Source: Candidatus Omnitrophota bacterium
GTDB taxonomy: Bacteria; Omnitrophota; Gorgyraeia; JAGLLT01
Direction: 5' to 3'
Length of the DNA: 64,000 nucleotides
NCBI GenBank assembly: GCA_030632085.1
Contig: DAOVJY010000001.1
Location: 2,125-66,124 of the forward strand
In this document: piece after piece, positions 58,804 to 64,000 of the stretch
Position numbering within the stretch: the first letter of the stretch is position 1
Layout of the letters: every line of letters starts with the position of its first letter
Program-made: the position numbers and the translations under genes
The notes under the pieces: model-generated
What the model was told of the DNA's origin: nothing
Seen by the model: the letters and a program-made list of their open reading frames with translations, nothing else
Databases searched by the model: none

Positions 58804-59616
58804 TTACATATTACCAAAGTAAAATATAGCGGTTAATATCGCGTCAGCTAAAATTATCAAAACAAACGAAGTAACTACGCTCTCAGTTGTCGCCCTACCA
58901 ACACCCTCAGCGCCTCCTTCTGTATTTAAACCCTTATAGCAAGCAATAAGGCAGATAATTACACCAAAAACGGCACTTTTAAATAGTCCTGTCATGATAT
59001 CTTTTAAGGCCAGAAACTCCTTTGTCATCTCAATATACAAATGGCCGTTAATATTTAAGTTCGTAACCCCTATAATAAAACCACCTAAAATACCGCTTAA
59101 ATCAGCTATTGCCGTTAATGCCGGCATCATAATCAACAAAGCCAAAAATCTGGGAACAACTAAAAATCTAATCGGATTTATAGCCATGGTTTCCAAAGAC
59201 TCTATCTGCTCGGTCACTTTCATGCTGCCTAATTGAGCGGTAATAGCCGCGCCCACTCGGCCGGCTACAACCAGAGCGGTCAATACCGGCCCCAGTTCTC
59301 TTGTTATAGAAACGGCAACCAATCCGGTTACATAGATAACCGCGCCTAACTGCTGTAGTTGATAGGCGCTCTGCATAGCTAATACAAAACCGGTAAATAT
59401 GGCAATAAAAAAGACAATGATGATTGACTTAACACCAACAAAGACCATTTGCTCAAAAATAGTTTCTCGGTTGGCCGCCTTACCTTTAAAAGGGCCGATA
59501 AAAAGCCAATGCAGCACCTGCATAAAAAGATAAAATATATCCGTGATAGTCCTAAGCAAGGAATTAACTTTTGCTCCTAAAGAACTTATGAAATCAACCG
59601 GTTTTTTATTTTCCAT
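58804..59616 (-). CDS. mlaE: ABC transporter permease MlaE
   Basis: 270 aa, 5-6 TM, MlaE/YrbE family (conserved GPVLTALVVAGRVGAA). Confidence 0.85.
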   Translation of the reverse strand: MENKKPVDFISSLGAKVNSLLRTITDIFYLFMQVLHWLFIGPFKGKAANRETIFEQMVFVGVKSIIIVFFIAIFTGFVLAMQSAYQLQQLGAVIYVTGLVAVSITRELGPVLTALVVAGRVGAAITAQLGSMKVTEQIESLETMAINPIRFLVVPRFLALLIMMPALTAIADLSGILGGFIIGVTNLNINGHLYIEMTKEFLALKDIMTGLFKSAVFGVIICLIACYKGLNTEGGAEGVGRATTESVVTSFVLIILADAILTAIFYFGNM

Positions 59617-59619
59617 ATC

Positions 59620-59952
59620 TTAAAATGAGGTTATCGCTTTTTCTTCGGAATCTTCAAAATCGAAAATATCTTTTAATCTGACCATATCAAGAATTTCTTT
59701 TATCTTCTCAGGCGTCTCGGCCAGCTTTAAATCACCTTCAGCGCTTTTTACTTTTTGTAAAAGCTCTACCAGTGTAGCCATTCCGGAACTATCTATATAT
59801 CCTACATTCTTCAAATTAATAACTACTTTTTTTACTCCCTGATCTACAGCCTCAATAAGTTTTTTTCTCAAATCGGGTGATGTCGAAAATGTAATCTCTC
59901 CGCTAACTCTACAGATAATCATATCATCTTTTTTTTCTATAAGAATATCCAC
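59620..59952 (-). CDS. STAS-domain anti-sigma-factor antagonist (RsbV/SpoIIAA-like), in the MlaB position
   Basis: 110 aa with the phosphorylatable serine motif YIDSSGMATLV. Confidence 0.8.
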   Translation of the reverse strand: MDILIEKKDDMIICRVSGEITFSTSPDLRKKLIEAVDQGVKKVVINLKNVGYIDSSGMATLVELLQKVKSAEGDLKLAETPEKIKEILDMVRLKDIFDFEDSEEKAITSF

Positions 59953-59954
59953 CT

Positions 59955-60404
59955 TTAATCTCCCTTTTTTATTTTTTTTATCATAGTAATTTGATTGCCC
60001 TTATCATTAAAACATACTTCATCCATCAGGCGGCGTATCAAATAAACACCTCTGCCTTTTAACTCCTGACGATTTTCTTCTAATGTCGGATCCGGAAGGT
60101 TTTCATAATCAAAACCCTCACCCGCGTCAGTTATGATGATTTTTAAAATATCGTTATCTACATTATAGGCTATTTCAATAGGTAGGCCGGAATTTAGTTT
60201 ATTGCCGTACTTCATGGCATTTATCAATGCTTCTTCTATACAAAGGCGTATATCCAATAAATCATAGGCGGTTAAATTATATGGTAGGAGAGATTGCAGT
60301 ATTCGCGCGCTTGCTTCTTTAACTTTTTTAAGCTCACTGGGAATTTTCATCGCTTCAGATAGTCTCACATCCGCCCCTTTGTTTAGTTTTTTATTATTAT
60401 ACAT
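59955..60404 (-). CDS. RsbW/SpoIIAB-like anti-sigma regulatory serine kinase (GHKL ATPase)
   Basis: N-box EEALINAMKYG, G1 ITDAGEGF, G2 GRGVYLIRRLMDEV; 149 aa. Confidence 0.75.
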   Translation of the reverse strand: MYNNKKLNKGADVRLSEAMKIPSELKKVKEASARILQSLLPYNLTAYDLLDIRLCIEEALINAMKYGNKLNSGLPIEIAYNVDNDILKIIITDAGEGFDYENLPDPTLEENRQELKGRGVYLIRRLMDEVCFNDKGNQITMIKKIKKGD

Positions 60405-60453
60405 AATTTATGGGTATCTTGTAAACCGTTTTCTTTGCTTTTCTTAAAATATA

Positions 60454-63021
60454 ATGTATAATAATTCTATGAAAAGATATTTATTATTTGTACTTCCTTT
60501 TTTATTAATAGCACTTTTCTCTTGCGATTATCCTAAAGTTAAAAAGAGAGACACGCAAGCACCTCTTATCCCCGCACGGGAAGCTCTCAAGCTTAATGAT
60601 GATCAACTCCTTGATGAAATAGAGTACCGCATTTTTAATTATTTCTGGAATGAAATATATCCTGAGACGGGAATTGCCTATGATCACACCCGGAACAAAA
60701 TAGGCAAGGTGGCGGCAACGGGCTTTGAATTAGTCGCCGTTTGCATCGGGATTGATAGAGGTTGGGTTAGTTATGAAGAGGGTTACAAAAGATGCCTGCT
60801 TATCTTAAATACCTTTTGGGATGACCCGGACGACCCGGATGATATATTCGCTGAGGGAAAATACGGCCTCTACTGGCACTTTATTGACGGCCGCACGGGA
60901 AAGAAAAGTCCCATAGACTGTGTCGCCATGTGTGATAGCGCCGATTTTATCGCGGGCGCTTTAATCGCGGGGGAGTACTTTAAAGGAACTGAAATTGAAG
61001 AACTTTCAAAAAAAATATACGATAACGTTGAGTGGGATAAATTTGCCGCCTACAATGATAACGGACAAGCGGGACTGTTGTCTTACGGCTGGGTGCCGCC
61101 GGAGATATCAGAAAGTTATTATGATATAGACGGACTCATACCTATGAATATGGGGTTCCTAAATGATAACTCCCTACTTATATACGCGATGGCCTTAGGG
61201 TCTAAAACGCACCCTATATCTAAAAATACCTGGCAAGCTTACGTGAATACTTATGCCAAAGGAGAATACGCGGGTTACAACTGCCATATGGCGGGAGCTC
61301 TTTTTGAACGGGAAGTGCCCTTTTCGTTTATTGACCCCAGACGAAAACGAGATTTGAATATAGATTATTATCAAGATACTATAAATGCTATATTAGCCGA
61401 TATGGCCTTCAATCAAAAAGAAAACCGGTATCCCTCCTGGGCCTGGGGCCTAAGCGACTGCTTCGGTAAAAATACATACTCGCATGCCGCTCCCCCGGGA
61501 TATACCGCCAACGACGGCACTATAGCCACCAACGCCTTTGTCTGCTCCCTGCCCTTTGTGCCTGAAATATCTTTGAGGTCTATCAGAAAATCAATAGAGC
61601 GCTACGGTGATAAATATTGGGGAAAATACGGCCTGCCCAGCTCATATAACTTAAAAACGGATTTTATCAGCCCCTATTATGTAGGCATAGAAACCGGCCC
61701 TATGATATGCATGATTGAAAATTACAGAAGCGGCATGGTCTGGGATTTATTCGCGCGAACGGATGTTATGCGTAATTTTATTAAACGAGGTAACTTCTCC
61801 GGAGTAATTGACGACTTTGAACTGCCGCCGGAAGCTCCATCGTATGCCTTATGGAATTCCACTGATGGAAGTTTTGAAATACGCGCGGGCAACAACCCTC
61901 AACACGGAAGCAAATGCCTTTCAATTACATCCACCGCCAACCGTATTATCTTAATCGCGAAACTCTCCGAAAACGATTTATTAAAATATAATTTCAATAA
62001 ATATATTTCTTTATGGAGCCGCAATATCGAAATTAATTCCGTCTCAATTAAAACCGGGCGCTTCTTTTTTAAAAAACTTCAACCCTCGGGTTATGTAGAT
62101 TCGCAAATCTGGCGGCATTATTATTTTAAACTACCTGAAAATATAACCGGCAGACAGCTAAAGTCCATATCACTTGACTGCAAAACAACAGGACGGAGTC
62201 CCGCCATAGATAACATAACCTGTGAATTTAAAAATATAACCCAAGTTCCCGCGAAAGTAAAATTTATCTTAGCCCAAGAGGGCAAAATTGGTAAAACCAT
62301 CAAACTTAACTGGAAAAAATCCGACGACGAAAATATAAAAGAATATATTATTTACGTAAGCAAAAAACCAATAGTAAATAATGAAGATTTTAAAAACGCG
62401 GAAAAAATAGTACTGGCCAATTCTAATAATAATTCCGAGGTAATTGGTAAAACCATCCTCAAAAAAGATAACGGCCTTTACTATTTCAACGTAAGAACAA
62501 AAAATAAATGGGGCCATATAAGCCCGCCTTCGGATTGCCTTTCATCAAAAAGCAATCCCGGCAGCTGCAATCCCATGCTTTATGATTTTAGCTCCCCCTG
62601 CTTATCTAAATGGCAGCCCAGCAACCCCGACTGGAAACTTGAGATAGTTAAAATCATAAATGAGCAAGCCGCGGAAACCGATGCCCTTAAAATTCATTTT
62701 ATTAAAACGGATAACGCCTGGGATTATATTGAGATTGAAGTTGATCCGGAACTGCTGGCTATTCACCGCTATTTAGCTATCAAAGTCAAAGGTAAAGCAA
62801 AAATATTAGCTAAATTGTTTATTAAAAAGAGTGAACAGCAGGATATTGAAATAATCGAAGCTAAAAATGAGGGCTGGAATTTATTAATCTTTGATATGCG
62901 GCTGGCTTCTCAATTAAGAGACCGCCTGGATAAGGTTGTTAAAATACTTCTTTTTATTGAACCCGGTTCAGTAAATGTTGAAGGTGACATTTATATCGAC
63001 GAAATTAAAATGCTGAATTAA
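60454..63021 (+). CDS. Glucoamylase-like (six-hairpin) lipoprotein with C-terminal Ig/FN3-like domains; paralog of 34097-36085
   Basis: Lipobox LFSC. YFWNEIYPETGIAYDH...GFEL.AVCIGIDRGW region parallels the 662-aa paralog. C-terminal beta-rich region (KLNWKKSDDENIKEYIIYVSKK). Confidence 0.55.
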   Translation: MYNNSMKRYLLFVLPFLLIALFSCDYPKVKKRDTQAPLIPAREALKLNDDQLLDEIEYRIFNYFWNEIYPETGIAYDHTRNKIGKVAATGFELVAVCIGIDRGWVSYEEGYKRCLLILNTFWDDPDDPDDIFAEGKYGLYWHFIDGRTGKKSPIDCVAMCDSADFIAGALIAGEYFKGTEIEELSKKIYDNVEWDKFAAYNDNGQAGLLSYGWVPPEISESYYDIDGLIPMNMGFLNDNSLLIYAMALGSKTHPISKNTWQAYVNTYAKGEYAGYNCHMAGALFEREVPFSFIDPRRKRDLNIDYYQDTINAILADMAFNQKENRYPSWAWGLSDCFGKNTYSHAAPPGYTANDGTIATNAFVCSLPFVPEISLRSIRKSIERYGDKYWGKYGLPSSYNLKTDFISPYYVGIETGPMICMIENYRSGMVWDLFARTDVMRNFIKRGNFSGVIDDFELPPEAPSYALWNSTDGSFEIRAGNNPQHGSKCLSITSTANRIILIAKLSENDLLKYNFNKYISLWSRNIEINSVSIKTGRFFFKKLQPSGYVDSQIWRHYYFKLPENITGRQLKSISLDCKTTGRSPAIDNITCEFKNITQVPAKVKFILAQEGKIGKTIKLNWKKSDDENIKEYIIYVSKKPIVNNEDFKNAEKIVLANSNNNSEVIGKTILKKDNGLYYFNVRTKNKWGHISPPSDCLSSKSNPGSCNPMLYDFSSPCLSKWQPSNPDWKLEIVKIINEQAAETDALKIHFIKTDNAWDYIEIEVDPELLAIHRYLAIKVKGKAKILAKLFIKKSEQQDIEIIEAKNEGWNLLIFDMRLASQLRDRLDKVVKILLFIEPGSVNVEGDIYIDEIKMLN

Positions 63022-63031
63022 TTCTAAAAAA

Positions 63032-63841
63032 TTACAAATTATTTTTTTTACCGTTAAAAAAATCCTTAATAATACTTTGCAGGTATTTCTCGCCGGTTAA
63101 ACCCCTCTTTTTAAAAAGCGGAGATAAATCTAAGCCGTAAATAAGCGCCTTTTTTCCGGAAAACTTATGACTCTTATTAAATATAGCGTTAGCTCTTAAT
63201 CTTCCCAAAACAGCCTCATCATAACGATGCCCTTTATAGTATTGTGATTTATAAACAGCTAAAAGCTTCTTTATTAAATCAACTGATGAACTCACGTCAA
63301 AAGCCGCTTTGTACTTCTCCGGCAGCCATTCCAGCGAACCCCAGACTTCCATGCCGTAAATAGCTTTAGGACGTTTATTTAAAGGTAGTTTTTTAATCGA
63401 AGAAATGACAGCTTGGGTTACAGCCACATGGGTAGGATGATTATCAAATAAGCTATGAGTATAAATAGTTTCTATAGACATTTGCTTAATAAGATTAAAT
63501 ATTTTATCTACCACCTCGCGTTTCTTTTGAAAATTCTTTATATCTCTACTTGAAATTCGCAAAAAAGCAACACCGCTATATCTTCCCGCGCGCGCGGCCA
63601 GCTCTTGCTCCTTTTCTCTAATCCCTTGAATTTTATCAGGAGATAAATTCTTATAATCGGGCTTTATGGGCGCTCCTTTATTATCACCTACAACAATCCC
63701 AAAAAAGCCCCCGGGCTTTTGGGCTATGGGCTTAAGGGCTAATATCTCAATGTCATCCGCGTGGGCTACTATGGCCAGATGCTTATTTCTTTTATATACC
63801 GCGCCTAAGGGCTGTTTATCCGGAATATATATCTTAATCAT
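63032..63841 (-). CDS. PIG-L/LmbE-family N-acetylglucosaminyl deacetylase
   Basis: HLAIVAHADDIEI...HPTH motifs typical of LmbE-like zinc deacetylases. Confidence 0.7.
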   Translation of the reverse strand: MIKIYIPDKQPLGAVYKRNKHLAIVAHADDIEILALKPIAQKPGGFFGIVVGDNKGAPIKPDYKNLSPDKIQGIREKEQELAARAGRYSGVAFLRISSRDIKNFQKKREVVDKIFNLIKQMSIETIYTHSLFDNHPTHVAVTQAVISSIKKLPLNKRPKAIYGMEVWGSLEWLPEKYKAAFDVSSSVDLIKKLLAVYKSQYYKGHRYDEAVLGRLRANAIFNKSHKFSGKKALIYGLDLSPLFKKRGLTGEKYLQSIIKDFFNGKKNNL

Positions 63842-64000
63842 TTAAAACCTTATGAAGAAATCGACGTAAGGATTATCCGCTCTCTTTGACATCTTTTTGT
63901 AGTAGTAACTCATCGACATCAGAATGAATCCCGTTACGATAAGCAAAAAGGCTACAATTACTCTTAGAAGCGGTTCAAAGACAACTATTAATATGCCTGA
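63842..64000 (-). CDS. C-terminal end of a membrane protein (5' part outside window)
   Basis: Minus-strand translation ...FEPLLRVIVAFLLIVTGFILMSMSYYYKKMSKRADNPYVDFFIRF* ends 1 nt before the PIG-L start. Confidence 0.3.
   Translation of the reverse strand, partial: SGILIVVFEPLLRVIVAFLLIVTGFILMSMSYYYKKMSKRADNPYVDFFIRF

Overview
AT-rich, gene-dense bacterial chromosomal window from a diderm (LpxL-like, Mla, TolC/RND and lipobox lipoproteins are present). The lineage cannot be named from sequence alone. Almost all genes lie on the minus strand. Housekeeping operons: an FMN-riboswitch-controlled riboflavin operon (ribBA-ribH-nusB-ribD-ribE); smc; the rpmF-plsX-fabHDG-acpP-fabF cluster, unusually extended by an acyl-CoA dehydrogenase plus ferredoxin-fused EtfBA; ackA-pta; coaD; and a frameshifted rsmD. 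Accessory content: a GH65 phosphorylase/beta-phosphoglucomutase/GT4/HAD sugar cluster; a decayed region (27.9-34.1 kb) with gene fragments (GH35-like N-terminus, LacI HTH-only) and a tandemly duplicated but degraded two-gene module (TPR-like protein plus a GspK/PilX-like pseudopilin fused to a jelly-roll domain), bracketed by ~145-bp direct repeats; two paralogous glucoamylase-like lipoproteins; RND+TolC without an adaptor; a MATE exporter translationally coupled to an archaeal-type Hel308 helicase; a cluster of secreted proteins; and an RsbW/RsbV-like partner-switching pair plus a CHASE2-PP2C phosphatase wrapped around mlaEFD. Intergenic DNA carries a modular, genome-specific repeat family (AC/GT-rich degenerate tandem tracts, a ~52-bp nested palindrome in 3 copies, and a ~75-bp hairpin element in 2 copies). 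No rRNA, tRNA, CRISPR, transposase or integrase was recognised.
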